In this document: piece after piece, positions 12,672-25,873 of the stretch
Position numbering within the stretch: position 1 is the first letter of the stretch
How the letters are laid out: each line of letters starts with the position of its first letter
Assembly: GCF_000315625.1 (NCBI RefSeq)
Contig: NW_005434617.1
Span: 280,632-344,631 of the forward strand
DNA length: 64,000 nt
Direction: 5' to 3'
Source of the DNA: Guillardia theta CCMP2712
Lineage: Eukaryota > Protista > Cryptophyta
Notes under the pieces: model-generated
Told to the model about the DNA's origin: nothing
Databases searched by the model: none
The model's input: only the letters and a program-made list of their open reading frames with translations
Position numbers and translations under genes: made by a program

Positions 12672-13387
12672 TCATGTCAACTTCTGTGCCAACTTCGCCT
12701 CCAACGTGCTCTTGGGCACTGCTCCGATGATTGTATCCAGCTTCTCTCCATCCTTGAACAGCATCAGCGTTGGGATACTTCTGATCCCATACTCCGTTGC
12801 CGTCTCCTGGTTCTCGTCCGTGTTGATCTGAACCAACTTCAGCTTCCCCTTGTAGTCTGCCGCGATCTCGTCCAGGACGGGCTTGATCATCCGGCACGGC
12901 CCGCACCATGGCGCCCAGAAGGAGACCAGGGTCGGCACTGCGGATTCCCAGTGAGACACAGCAGCTGGGGTAGCAGGAGGAGGAGAAGACGGGGAGAGGG
13001 GGTGGAGCAAGGCTGAGGGGTTGAAGGGAAAGGAGAGGGGTAGAAGGGAAGCGACTTGGAGGCGAGACGTCGTGGAAGGAATGCGGAGGTCGAGGACGTG
13101 AACGAGGAGGGGTGGGAGCGAGAGAGAGGGAGGGAGAGGTAAGGGGTAGAGGGAGGGGGGGTGGTACCTTCAGAGTCAAGCACGAGGTCCTTGAATGAAG
13201 CGTCTGTCGCGTCCGTGCATGACATGCGAAGGGAGAAGGGAGCCGTCCTGACCGTCTCCTGCTGCGATCTGCACACTTGCTGCGTCGCATGCGGCACTTG
13301 AAACGGGGCGCGAAAACTCGTACGGAAGGCGGTGGACTGATTTAGAGTTAACGCTAGCACTGCTAGCAGGAGGCTGAGACGCAGCAT
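12672..13387 (-). CDS. TRXM: Plastid-targeted thioredoxin, m-type; 2 exons (13387-13168, 12937-12672)
   Basis: [14 protein letters not shown] active site, [16 protein letters not shown]; N-terminal signal peptide ending STA|F followed by a Ser/Arg-rich transit peptide. Confidence 0.9.
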
Positions 13388-14199
13388 CTGCAACCTGGTG
13401 AGCAAGAGATGAGAGGAGGAGAGAGTCTGGTGCTGGTTTCGATTGCTACATGCTCTCTACAGGCATTGGCTCTCCAGAGTCAAGTGCCCAACCAGAAGCC
13501 ACGTTAAGTTCTTAGTTGCTGACCAAGGTTTCTCGTCTAGTCTCCTCTTCAAGTATTTTCTCGTCTCTGATCTCATGGCTTTCATTCTCAGTCCACGTTT
13601 TCCTGAATGCTTCAACCCATCTCGTGCATTCTCGGCATCTGCGCTTATTGTCCACCTGCGCACTCATCGCCTTCTCCCTCTTCGCACACTTCGTTTCCTC
13701 AACCTGACCCTCCCTCATCTAATCCCGGCACTCGTCCTTGTCCTCTCCTCCCGATCGTCCTGCTCCTCCTGTCACTCATCCTCTCGTCGTCTTCAAGTAA
13801 TCATCATTACTCTCCTCCTCCTCCTCCTCCGCCTCCTCCTCCTCCTCCTCCTCCTCCTCCTCCTCCTCCTCCTCCTGCGTGGGCTTCTCGATTCATTACA
13901 TCATCTTCCACCCCATTCGCTTACCCCACCCCACCTTGGTGCCATCACAACTTTCATAACCCTATCATTCACATACCGGACCCCTTCTCAGACTACCTCC
14001 ACCCACTAAGTTTGAATAATACCCCTCAGAATTACTCATATTTCCCTGCCATTACCCATACATATTGATGATTCCCCGCAATATGACCCTGCCTGTCAAG
14101 TAGTGACCCCCCATACTTCAAAAGTACCCCTGCTTTCAGCGAAATAACCCCCATTCCCAGATTCCTTACAGCCTAGCCTCGATAGTTGAGTGGGGATGA

Positions 14200-14870
14200 G
14201 GCTTCCACGGAAGCCTCCGGACCGTTCAACACGGTTGTGAAACCGGGCCGGGCCGAGTACGGTAGTACGGCGGTCGGTGACCGTGGCACTCAGTCAGTTG
14301 GGCCGGGCCCGGGGGCCGGTCACGCCGTCGGCCGGTCCGGGCTCAGTCACCCCGGCGTCCGGCGGTGCGTGCGGGGCCCGGCCCAGACGGCCGCATCATC
14401 CGGCGGATTCGATTGATCCAATTGCAGCGAAAGGTGACTCTGTGACCGTTCGAGTCGCGGCACAGCCTGGGCTTGCCAACTGAAAGTTGTGAGCCCGCCG
14501 TCAGGGCCCTGCCCGGGCTGGCGACCGTACCGTGGCACGGACCGTCCGAGGCACTCGGAGTGCCAGTGGCACCGGGCCGCCGCCTCAGGGCCTCGCGGCG
14601 CCGCACTGTGCGATACTATGATAGGCACTGTCACAGTGACGCCCCGGCGCCGCTGAGAGAACTCAGGCTGCATCACTGTCATGTACTCAGGCTAGGGGGC
14701 GCGGCTGTCACCGTGTGTACTACCTGTGACAGTTGTAAAGTCGATGTCTGAGTCTCCGACGCGCCGGGATCGGATCGAATGATACTACTGATCGGAGCCT
14801 CGGAGCCCGGCGGCCGGGCCGCAAGTCAGTAGCCTGGAGTCCGGCGGCGCCCGGCTACTGATAGTACTCA
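14200..14870. other. GC-rich intergenic island 1, between divergent genes
   Basis: Dense CCGG, GGGCCGGGCC, CTCAGT, GTCAC/GTGAC and CCGTAC words; no coding signal. Confidence 0.8.
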
Positions 14871-14951
14871 AAACGGTTTCTTGACGGTTACATTTCATAG
14901 GAGGTCTTAGAAGGATATACGGGCGTATGACCTGATACAAGACGAAGAGCC

Positions 14952-16127
14952 ATGCAGTTTGCTAGCCCAACAGCGGCAAAGCTGGCGGCGTGTGCGGGGG
15001 TTCCGATCCTCCTCCTCCTCCTCCTCCTCCTCGACCGTACTCCCTCCCCCAGTCTCCTCCTTGCGAGGTCGCATGCTTCACTTCGCTCTCCCTTCATGGC
15101 GAGACGGGCGGTCGGTGGTGCTAGGATGCAGTCGCTTCTGCTTCCATGGTACGAGACCGTGTCGGTGGGAGATGGCACAGGGCCGGAGAGCACGAGCTAC
15201 TGGAAGGTCCCACCGCAGACCTCACTTCGAGGAGGGTTCCCGGCTCCCCCCAACAACTTCCAGGTGAGCTGAGTAGCGGTGCGAGGGCAGCAGTCCGTCT
15301 GACCCCTGGCAGGATCCCACCATCTGGAATGCCGACAGCGTGTTGAACGGTGGGAACAAGGAATGGTCAGAGGAGGATGCAGCTCTGCATGCCTACAACA
15401 TGGTAAGAAGATTCGCGGCTGATCCGCTCGTTGCCCCCTGATGGCGTCATGCAGCAACGGTGGAGGAACAAGATCCTGGACGAGCAGGTCGAGAAGCAGG
15501 AGAATATGTGGAACCTCATGAACCGAGCGGACTTTTGCGACAGATACTGTGGGGGGGACAGAGGTAGAGGCTGCTGCAGATGCTGCTTGCTTGTCGCCCG
15601 CTCACCTGCTCTTGTAGACTGGGGTAACATGTGCTATCGCTGCCACGGATGGAACGAACTCAGGTCCGACCACCGGACTGCCACGTTGAACCATGCGGAG
15701 AAGGTGAGGAGTCGGAGGGGGCAGCGATTGATGATGATAACGTGGCTTGTGATGAACCGATGAGGATGTAGAGGTTGGGATGAACATGATGAAGGTGTGA
15801 AAGCAGTTGTCTGAAATTGAGATGATACAAAAATCGATCCGATAGACAGACAGACAGACAGACAGGATGAGGAGGAGTCAACGATTGCTCTAGTACTGAT
15901 GTAAGTATCTTCAGCAGGGTGCCAAGGGTGACAAGGGGAGCGACAAGCAGAGCAGCAAGAGCAAGAGCAAGGAGGAGCTTGCCAAGAACCTCAGGAAGCT
16001 CGCGGACGATGCCATCAAGGCCCTGGCCGACCTCGACGCTCCTCGCACGGAGGCTGGGAAGGAGCTGGAGGAGAAGACGGCGGACAAGATGCAGAAGATC
16101 CTCCAGTCGATCAAGAAGGAGAGCTAA
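14952..16127 (+). CDS. Hypothetical secreted or membrane-anchored protein, multi-exon
   Basis: N-terminal hydrophobic stretch; exons joined at NFQ|DPTIW, GGDR|DWGNMCYRCHGW and AEK|GAKGDK; ends KMQKILQSIKKES*. Confidence 0.65.
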
Positions 16128-16245
16128 GGGAGGGCACTAGGGAGCCATGGGTACTGAAACATCTTGTTTGAGTCGTTTTCTTTTGCTGTGTGTATTCTTA
16201 CATTACATAATTTACATCTTTGGAGCTGCTGCTTCGCTGTTGCTG

Positions 16246-19200
16246 CTACTCTGTGCGAGGACGCTTCTCTCCCCTCTCCTCCTTTCCCTCCTCTTCTCGC
16301 TCCCTTCCCTTGCCAGACGAGCCTTCATCGCACTGCTTCGTACCTTCCTCGCCAGTCGCTGTACTGCATGCAGCACACGCGTCTCTTCTTCCTTCCTGTC
16401 CCTTCGCTCCCCTCGTCTCCTCAGAAGCTGCTTCAACCATTTTCTCATCCTCCTCTTCCTCCTTCCTTCGCAACTTCTTTTCAGTCTGCCCTCCATCCTC
16501 CTGCTCGTGCGCTGCTTGCTCAATTTCCTCCTGCTCTGTTGCGTCCACTTTGGCTGCCATGTTCGTGTCCAGGCTCGTCCCTGTTGTGCTGGGCTCTTGT
16601 CGCTCGTCCATGGCCTCCTTCTCCTCTACCTCCTTCGTCCTCACCGTCTTCTGCACTTCCTCACCCCGTTCATACTCGGCCGCACCTTCCGGGCGTGTCT
16701 CCACCATGGGATCTCTGGAAGTCGTGCAAGGATCGTGCCGGTCCTCTGGCAGAGAGTGCTGTGCTCCAGAGCTCGATGGCTCCTCCTCTTTCCCTTGTTT
16801 CTTCTCTTTCTCTTCAGCCCCGGCGCGCGGCATCGAAGCTCCCGGATCCCCAGCAGGCACTTGGCCAGATGAAGTGACTGCAGCAACGGGCACGTCATCC
16901 TCCATATCATTCTCCTTGGTAATCGTTAGAGCTTTCGCGTTCTCGTCCTTCGCCTTCTCCTCTTCCTCCTCCGTCTTGGGCTTGTCAAGAACTGCAGTTT
17001 TCGCGTCTTCAGTCTTCTCCGTTGCCTCCTGCTGCTCTCCTGGACCCTCAGCTGTCTTTCCTTCTTGCAAGTCCTTGAGGGTTGGCGACTCCTTCGCGCT
17101 CTCCTCCTCTCCCTCCTTCCGCATTCGCTCAGCCCCTTCCTTGGAGATTTCCGTACCATCCTTAGACTTGCACGCGCCAGTCTCATCGCTGGCGCCTTGA
17201 ACTCTCCCGTCCTCCTCCATCGGATTCGCCCGACTCTCTCCCCTGCAGTCATCCCCCGAAACTGTTCCTTGCTCCGAGGCGCTTGGAGGCGAGATGATCT
17301 CATCGATCCTTCCAGTGTGAGCAACGGGCGGGACAGCAGGAGAGGCTGACGAGCTGCACCAGGCAGTCAAGAAGCAGGCGGCCTCGTTCCATCCACTACC
17401 TGACTCCCTCCTGCATCAGCAGCTCCACGCGCCCCCCCTCGAGGTCCGACGAGGACGATTCCTGCATGTCTGTCAAACTTCACAGCCTGATCATCAAGGC
17501 ACATCTTTCTCTTCTCCTCCTCTCCCATCCCTCTATCGTTTCAGCTCTCACTATCGTCCTTCATAGACCCGCATCGAAGGACCCCACGCACATCAACTCA
17601 AACTTCACACGTCTTACCTTGACAACGCTGTCGGTCCCCTTCACCAGCCATGCTGCGTGTTCCCTGCCATTTCCTATGGCTTGTTTGACTCCTCCCTCAA
17701 CTGAGAACATCTGCCCAGCGGACACACTCTCCTCTCCCATCTGCACAGGCTGGGGACCGTCGGAGCTCTCGGCGAGCTCAACGGGAGGGAGGAGGGGAGC
17801 TACTCTTAGGGATGCCACAGCAACCTCGTCCATCCCCTTCACAGCTTCTCTAAGCATCGGTTGACCAAACACCCTCCATCTCACCTGCGATTCATTCTCC
17901 AGCTCCATCCCCTGCAGCTCCCCCAGCTGGCCGTTGACAGGCGTGCCCCTCATCTTCAGCTTCTCGATTAGGACAGCTCGCTTCTCCGGCTTGCCGTCCT
18001 CTGCCAGCCAACTTTCATCTCCTTTCCTCCCAGTCCTCGTCCCTACCTGCCCGGCCGTTTGCGCCGTCAGCACCTTCGCCCTCCGCAATCTTGAAGGTGC
18101 AGACGTGCCCTTTCTTGATCTGACCGCACCTCCCGCACCTGTACGCATTCCTGTCGCCCCAGTTCAGCACAGCAGCTTTGACAATTGACGCATTCTGCCT
18201 GTTTGCAGCAGCCCGAGACTCCTCGTCCGAGCTCGGCGTCCAGGTGTTACGCGCAAGCAGCGGGTCATCCACAAGAAGACCCTCCAGCTGAGACCGAGGG
18301 AGTTGACTCGAGGCCTGAGCTGCCAACTCTCCGAGGCAACCAGAGCTCCTGACAAAGTTGGTTGGCATCGCTTGGCTGGAAGCTGCAGGTCATGACAGGA
18401 TGCGTCAGAGGAGGGCGGACCTTGACGACGATGCTTGGTAGGCCTGCAATGCTGAGCTGAGCTGATTCCCGTCGGTAAGACCCTGAGACTGCAACGAGCT
18501 CGTGTCTGTGGAGTTGCCCGTCGCTGCCTTGTCTTGGAAACTCTCGTCCTGACCACTCGTTATGCTCGGGGTAGGAACGCAGCTGGCGGCTCACAGAGAT
18601 CTTGAAAGGCTGAGCTGGATTTGACGGATTTTGGGAATGTGATTTGGAAGAATGCCATCTAAGGGGAGGTGAGAGAAGCAATACATAGAGATACGATGTC
18701 TTACTTCGGCGTGTCCGACGCAGATTTGGACTTCTCCCCATCGTTGACATGTTTCTGAACAGAGTTGTCTTTCCCTTCACTGGAAACATTGCCTTCCTGT
18801 TTCGTGCCAGCATGAGGAATGATGGTATGGAGTGGAGTAATCAACACAATCTACCGCTGCAGCCTGATCGGCGTTCGGTTGTTTCCCTGACTTCCTCTTG
18901 TTCTTCCTGCGAGAACCAGCTCGTTATACACAAACAACACCATCCATGTGAAAGCTTGCTCACCTGTTCGGAGCCCCTTGCGCTTGTTGCTGATGATTGT
19001 TGGGATGACCAACAGGTCCAGCTACGAAACGGAACAATGAGGAGACAGCCGCATGGACATGTTCAAGGTATCACCTCCAGCATTGTTTGGATTGTTTGCA
19101 GGAGCTGTGTATGCTCTTGAGGAGATACCAACCGTCAGGCTCACAACAGGACTGAGACTCGAACATACTTGAGGCTCACTCCGAAGAGCTGAGCGCGCTT

Positions 19201-20300
19201 CATCGGCTCTAGCTGCATGTACGGAGGGAAGTCATCCTTCGAGACTATATCAGTAACGCCGTTGCTTTCCTTCTGCTTGTGCTCTCTGAAACACCCATCA
19301 GCACGTGTGCAGGTGTGAAAATCCGTCACCTCAGGAAGCGAAGGTCAGAATGGATCTCCCGATATCGGATCTCTATGTGCTCCTGTGCGAACGTTGTACG
19401 GAACCATGGCTTGTACCTGATGAAAGAACGCAACAGCAGTCAAATATGTGCAAGAGCAGTCTGAAGAAGACGATTCGTTACCCTCTGATGCCAATCAGTC
19501 TCTTGCGCAACGACAAGTTTGCATGCTCGTCTCGTTCGGAGGCCAACGCTTCCTCAACTTCCCTCTCGTCCATGAGTAAACTGGCGCCAACACGAACATC
19601 AGCCAACGGTCATGGCAGGAAGATGGCCTTGCACGAGAGCGGGTCTAGAGTTACAAGTTGCTCACCTTAGCGCCTCGTCAGTCTCTTTGCGCATTTTGCT
19701 CGTCGAAACGGGGGAATCTGAGTAGGAAGCGCGACCTCTCAGCTGTAAATGAATCTGTATACCAGAGGCTGTCAGTCTCAAACCTCGCCAGGGATCAGAG
19801 GCGTACCGAGTCCGGCTCCACCCTTTCCGATACATGACAGAACCAACGATCTCGCGACCCATCCCAGTACATCTTTGAGAACCCTTTCCCCGGCATCGTC
19901 GTGCTATCTTCATCGTCGACTCCTCGCAGCTTGCAAGTGGTATCTTGGGGGTTGGAGTACAGCCACGGCATGTTTGGACGAGAGACTTTTCAAGACTCAG
20001 GCTACAATCAGCATCCTATCGCAATCGCGCATCCCTGGCTCTCGAGTATTTGCACGATCGAGCGAGAACTTGCCACGTGATTTTGGGAGGGGCTGCGATG
20101 AGGAAGACACCGCACAGCACGCCAGACCACCGAAGCTCAGAGGGATGGAAGCGATCCAACCATTGCCATCGAAACCTGATGCGCCTGTCACAACGAAACA
20201 ACTTTTCAACCGCAGCGTGGAGTTCGTTCAAGATTTCCTTCGGGTGCCGTCCACTCTCACGCGCAGGCACCGATATCTTGCTCCTTCCCTCATCCATGTG
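16246..20300 (-). CDS. Large hypothetical multi-exon protein with a YRCGRCGQIKKGHVC zinc-knuckle-like motif and an acidic disordered C-terminus; start uncertain
   Basis: Long last exon 16246-~17370; motif at ~18100-18145; further coding-like minus-strand segments up to ~20300. Confidence 0.55.
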
Positions 20301-21129
20301 CACTCAGTGAAGATTCTTTTCGCTTCTTTGACTGTGCCTAGACTCGCTGCTTCCGATTTCTGTTGTGCTGCTCTTCCCTTGCCTCCGTCATTCCACACTT
20401 CCAATCAACTCAGCTGAAGCTCCACTCTGGTCTCCAAACCCTCAATCCTCTACCGTGATATATTTCCTTCATCTCTCATCAATCAAACAATCCTCTCTCT
20501 TCTATCTATCTATCTCTCTCTCTCTCTCTCTGCGTCATTACATCGTTCTCTCCTCTCCCTTCTCTCCCTCCCTCGTTCCCTCTCCCTCCCTCCCTCGTTG
20601 GCTCCATCTCCTCTCCCTTCTCTCCTCTATGTTCCTTATCAAATCTCTTTTCTCTACGGCATCTTCTCTAACAACACCATTTCTCCCAATCCCTCCTCTC
20701 TGCCTCCCCTCCGCTCCCGTCCCCCTCTCTCCTCTCTCTCCCTCTCCCCGTCTCCCTCCCCCTCTCTCCTCTCTCTTAACCTCTCCTCTTCGCTCTCTTG
20801 CCCTCTTTCTCTCCGTTCTCCCTTGCCCCTCCCCTCCCCGCGCCCGCCTGGCTGCACTGCATCCTCGCAGTCTCCCACTACCCACCCTCTCCCTTAACCA
20901 CCCTGCCTCCATCCATTTTCACCCCTACCCTCCATCACCCAGGACTGATGCAATATAATCTCTATCAAAAAGGAAACGAAACCCTAGTACCCACCCCCAT
21001 AAAAATTAATTCCCCTGACCCCCTACCCCATTTTCTCAATACCATAGGACATCTATAGATCTTACTAGGACCTAAACATGGCTCTCCTTGTCTGGCGGTT
21101 GAAAATTACGACGAAGAAATGTAACCGAC

Positions 21130-21920
21130 ATTCTGGCCGCGCCGCCGCCGGCCGGCGCGCGGCGGGGCCCGGGCGGCAGTGCGGGCCGGGCCTGAAGCTG
21201 GCCGCCAAGTCGGGACCGTACGGCGGCGTTACCACCGGGCTGACTCCGAGCCTCAGTCACTGGCATCGGCCCTCAGTGATGCCGGGACCCGGAGTCCGGC
21301 GAGACTTGGCCCGTCCGCGGCAGGGTAACGCCGGCTGACGGTCGCCGTCACGGTCGTGCCACCGGGGTGACCCGTCACCCGCGCGGCCTCACGAGTCACT
21401 CGGCGCCGGAGTCAGCCTGGTGGCCCCGGCGGGAGTCTAGCAGGCTTAAGCCTTTACATGGCAAAGTGTAGTTTAATCCCGCCGGTGGCAATCGGCCCTG
21501 AGCCGCCGGGCCGGCCCGGGCCGGCCGGGCCGCCCCGCCCCGCGGGCCGGCGGCCCGCCGCGCACCGTCGGCCGCAGCGCCGAGCCTGGAGTCTGCCAGG
21601 CTCTGCTACGGACCGTGCGGTGCCACCGTCGATGGCCGCGGCACAGTGCCGGGGGCCAGGCCGCAGAGCCTCCGCTACGGTGCCGGCCCCCGGCGGCCCG
21701 GAGCCTCCCGGCGCCGCGCCCAGCCGCGGCCCTCACTGCGGCCGGGCTGATCATCGGATCGCTCCGCCGGGCCGGCGCCGGGAGCGGGCAGGCCGCTGTT
21801 CCGAAGTACGGTCACGGGCCGACCGTACGGTCAGCCTCACCGAGTCACTGAGTCGGCCCCGGCGGGGACTCAGTTGAACTTCGGAGCCCGGCCCGGTGAC
21901 TCAGTATCCGGGCCTCACAC
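21130..21920. other. GC-rich intergenic island 2
   Basis: Same vocabulary (GAGTCACTGAGTC, CCGTACGG, GGCCCGG); ACCCC tract on its left. Confidence 0.8.
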
Positions 21921-22250
21921 TGAGTGTCCTCATCAATCTGAGCGAACCTGCGCCTTGTCATCTCAGCGGCTACTCGCGCCTAACTTCGTTATGAAATCAC
22001 TGACCAAGTAGGACGAAGAAGCCGCCGAGATCGTTCAGAAGCGCCTTGTAGTCCACAGCACTCAAAACTGACGTTCACACATGGTTACTTGCTAGCCTCG
22101 TAGGATAGGGCAGGCAAGTCAAACTCACCTAATGTGTTGTGATAGCATGACAGGAGAAGTGCTAGAGGTGCTATCGCAAACAACCAGGTCGCCTTTTCAA
22201 GCATGCGAGCGATCGTGCTTAGGTACAGAAAGAAGACTGCAAAAGAAAGG

Positions 22251-23107
22251 TCAGATTAGAGGGATGAAGACTGATAAAGTCGGAGGACAACATAGAGGAG
22301 TTGGAGGAGGGAGTGGAAGAAAAGGTATGGCCCTGGGAGATGCAACACGCGGCTGCAGAGGAAGCACAGGAGGCACAGGAGGAAGAAAAACATCACGAGA
22401 AATCCTCAGAGCACTGGACATTTGATCACCACAAGACGTTGCGATGACCCCTGGAACAACGTACAGGACAAGACCGGACGAGCAGTAGCATAGCGTTATC
22501 ACCACTGCCGGTCTGTCAGGCTGCAAGAGTAGAAAGTGGATAAGGGACCTGCTGCAAACAGAAACATTGACAGCCAAAACGTCCTGCTGCTCTCTGCCTG
22601 CGAGGTACGGCTGGCGCAAGGGACATCCGCGATGGCCTCTGCTGCCTCCTCACTCGTGATGTTTCGCACATCCGTCGCCGTGTGGTTCATCTGCTCTGTC
22701 GGCGATGTTGTCCTCGCGCTCTCCCTGAGGATATCTCTCGGTGCCGTCGCTTCCTCGGGCCGTCGAGTAGCTGCATCGCCAAGCTCTTGCTGTAGAGATC
22801 CTCGTGCAGGGCCATGGTTTCCTTGCTCTTCCTTTTTCGTCCTCACCGTCGACATGGCTCTCGGGGGTTTCTTGCAACTGAAGTGCTCGTCGATGGTCAA
22901 CTTGGAGGGGCGAAGAGGAGAAGGAAACAAGGCGCGTGCTGTCTTCTCATAATCGTCTCTTGCCCTCTCATCCTCTCCTGCATCGACATCCCTTGCTGGC
23001 GACGACTTGAGTGTCTTCCTTCGCCTCCCCTCTTCTGTCGAGACAATCTTCCGTTTGCGAAGATCGTGCACAACAACTGTCTCCGGTGTTGGATCACCCT
23101 CCGTCAT
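22251..23107 (-). CDS. Hypothetical protein with a C-terminal hydrophobic segment; probably one intron near 22510-22550
   Basis: 202-aa ATG-initiated ORF with natural composition, continuing into a hydrophobic/Pro-rich frame. Confidence 0.5.
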
Positions 23108-23429
23108 CCTGCTAATGGCATCATTCTAGTGCTCAAACTACGAAAAGGCAATATTCAAGCATCCAAAAATGATGCGAAAATGATGCAAGGTATCGAATCA
23201 TTTTCATCTTCTCCCTGCCCCCCTGGCCCTCGAAGCCATCTTTCTTCCTCCCTTCCTTCTGGACCTCATCCTTCCTTCTTACTCTCCCACTGTTATGTGT
23301 CTCAATCTTCACTCTTTCTCCTCGCCCTTTATCTTCTCCTCGCCAAGTTTATCCTCTCGTCTTCAGCCTGATACCTCCTTTTTCCTTTTTCCCGTCTGCT
23401 CCCGCCGCTACCCTGCCTTCAGTGCAACA

Positions 23430-23680
23430 AACTCCCGGCGTCGCCGGCGTCGGACTGCTGGGCCGCGACTGCACGGTGCCGGGCCCGGGTCGCGGCCCGG
23501 ACCCGGAACTTCGGAACGGTCCGACGGCTTGACTCTCAGTGCGGCCGTACGGTCACACGCCGGGCCCGGGGCCCGGGGTCTGACGGTAACCGGGTGAGGG
23601 CCCAGGCCGACCGTCACTGTAGCCGGAGGCTCACTGCCCTCAGAACTCACGGTTTACGGGTAGTACGGTTCAAGGGCCGG
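23430..23680. other. GC-rich intergenic island 3
   Basis: GGGCCCGGG, CCGTACGG, GTCACTG and TGACTCTCAGTG words. Confidence 0.75.
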
Positions 23681-24616
23681 CAGTGACCAACTTGATGTCA
23701 AGGCTCGGAACTTCCTGGCAGCGGCCAGCAAATTCATCCAGCCTGGAAGTTAAGGAACAGCGGTTTGTGAGAGATAACTCAAGACAAAAGCATAGAGCTT
23801 TCTTTCTCAAGCTGATGCTCTTCCTTGCTAAGAATGATTATTCCGGCGACCATGTCAAGCATCATTTACAAAGACGAGGATATTGAAGGAGGTGGAGAGC
23901 AAGGGCATCACGCTCACGGTTCAACGGTTACTCCGAGGCTCTCTGGACCTCGAAAGGGCTATTGTGGAGATAAAGAACCGCGTCAACACAGGGCAGATTT
24001 CTACGCCAGGCTCTTCGTCTTCTCGCCACTTGCGCTCTGCCTCGAAGGGTGGACAGAGGCTAAGGTATGATGAGAGCAGGTGAAAATTCTGTGGATGATG
24101 TATTGAGAGGTGACATAGACACAGCGATTGAATGTTGGCATGGAGAGAGAATATAAATGGTTGGCATGATCCCTAGCATAATCCTCCGTAATGGAGGGTT
24201 GAAAATTGAATTCAGGACATCAAAAATTATTTTGGGAAAGCAAAATCAAACCCTCCATGCTCCATACCCGCCATGGGTGCTGAAATAGCACCGGCAGAAC
24301 AGGGAGAAGGACATCCAACTATGTTGGGTGTCGGCAGACATGCTAAGATTCATCAATGATGAATAGTTTTCTTTTAATTTTAAGCTGAAAATAAGGGGCA
24401 AGTTGAGTCACGAACGAAAATATCATATCAATGAAAGCCTGACGAGGATGATAAGGGAAGTAAGAGTGAGTGTTTGAAAAAAGTGTCATGTGGTCAAATC
24501 AATAGAACGTAAGCATAATCACGAAGGAAATGTCATGTGACCAAAATCACACAACACAATTATGTCAAATAAGTCAAATTGTTGTATTCTGGACTCATCA
24601 TACCGGACGCCCCTTG

Positions 24617-25005
24617 TGATGCGGGTATAGTCCAGCAACTGAGCGATAGTGCACTTAGGAGTAGAACAGATGAACAATGAAGCTAGATTTGTTTATGTAC
24701 AGCAGTAAGAGAACACACGTCAATGTTCGTGCAATCCCATTCCGATGACGTGGCCAACGTCTAAGATGGGTTGCTTATATGTCGAGGTCAGGCTTAACCC
24801 GTAATACAGCAATGAGTAAACATGTGTATCGGTTTATACCAGCCTCATGCTTTCATCATACCAATGTGTTGTACGTACGTCTACGTCCAGTACACATCTT
24901 CGATTCTAGCATTATACACCTCGCCAGCGTACGTAGCCTCTTGCGACTACTCGCATGATGCTGCCATGTCCGTTACTGACGTAACGTCATGCGGGTGCAA
25001 CATCA
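24617..25005 (-). repeat. 3' LTR
   Basis: Matches 32396-32784 with no difference seen by eye; preceded on the minus strand by the PPT (25006-25018). Confidence 0.95.
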
Positions 25006-25873
25006 CTCCCCCTTGCTCGAAACTCAGTGTCGTCACTGCGTGAGAGCATTGATTTATGCAACACCGGGACCGACCCAACGATTCTGGTGCTGTATGAGGG
25101 TCTCCCTTTGTCTCTTCGCGAACTAACCAACAAAATGCGAAAATGGCAGAAAGCCAAAATGCAAATGTGGCCCAGGACGGTGAGTTCCCAGTACGTTTCA
25201 GCAAATGACATAGGTTCCAAAGTCATACATGCATTCATATGCCTTTCAGTGAGCATAACACGTCGTTTCCACATGCTTTTACGTTTCCTTCGTAGCATTT
25301 TGTGGATGCACGTGAGGAATTGCGTGTAGCATTTTTGAGGTAACGAGACGTTGGATTGCCTTTCACACACTGCTGATTGTGTGGGGTAAGCAATTCCAAA
25401 CCCTGATGTAGCTTTTCGCATCATCAACTAGCTTCAATGGAAGTTTAGAGCAGCTATGCAGCATTTTGCTACACGCCGGTTACCCACGTAGTGAGTTAAC
25501 GAAGAGTACGTTTCCATGTTTCAAAAGAAATCATGTTACGCGCCATCGCCCTGATTAGCAATCATGTTTCCATGTCACCATATCAGCCCATGCACTATGG
25601 GGAAGCTGTGCTATGAAACTCTTACTCCTTTCTCCCATGTCCATTTGCGTTTGCAAGCAACTATCACTACCCACTGAAGTCGCAATGCCCCAGGGATGCT
25701 CAAGTTGTGCCACATGCTTATGGTTTCGCTTGTACTATGCTACTCCCTGGTACTAGAACAGTCCAGAGGCGCTCAGCACTTCGCGTATGTGTCTTTGTCC
25801 TTCGAAGGATCTTAGACAAGTTTGAGAAAAGTTTATTCATTTTGAAAATTACCAAAGGTAATCATCGTATGAA

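Noticed and set aside
21072-21877. Pro/Gly/Arg/Ala-rich ORFs within GC islands (also 14186-14751, 50676-51222, 59964-60245)
   Set aside because: Expected from extreme GC content; no codon structure or domain, and frames are not conserved between paralogous islands.
24987-25427. 146-aa ORF between pol and the 3' LTR as an env-like gene
   Set aside because: Short, no convincing transmembrane or signal pattern, and runs into the LTR; not supported without homologues.
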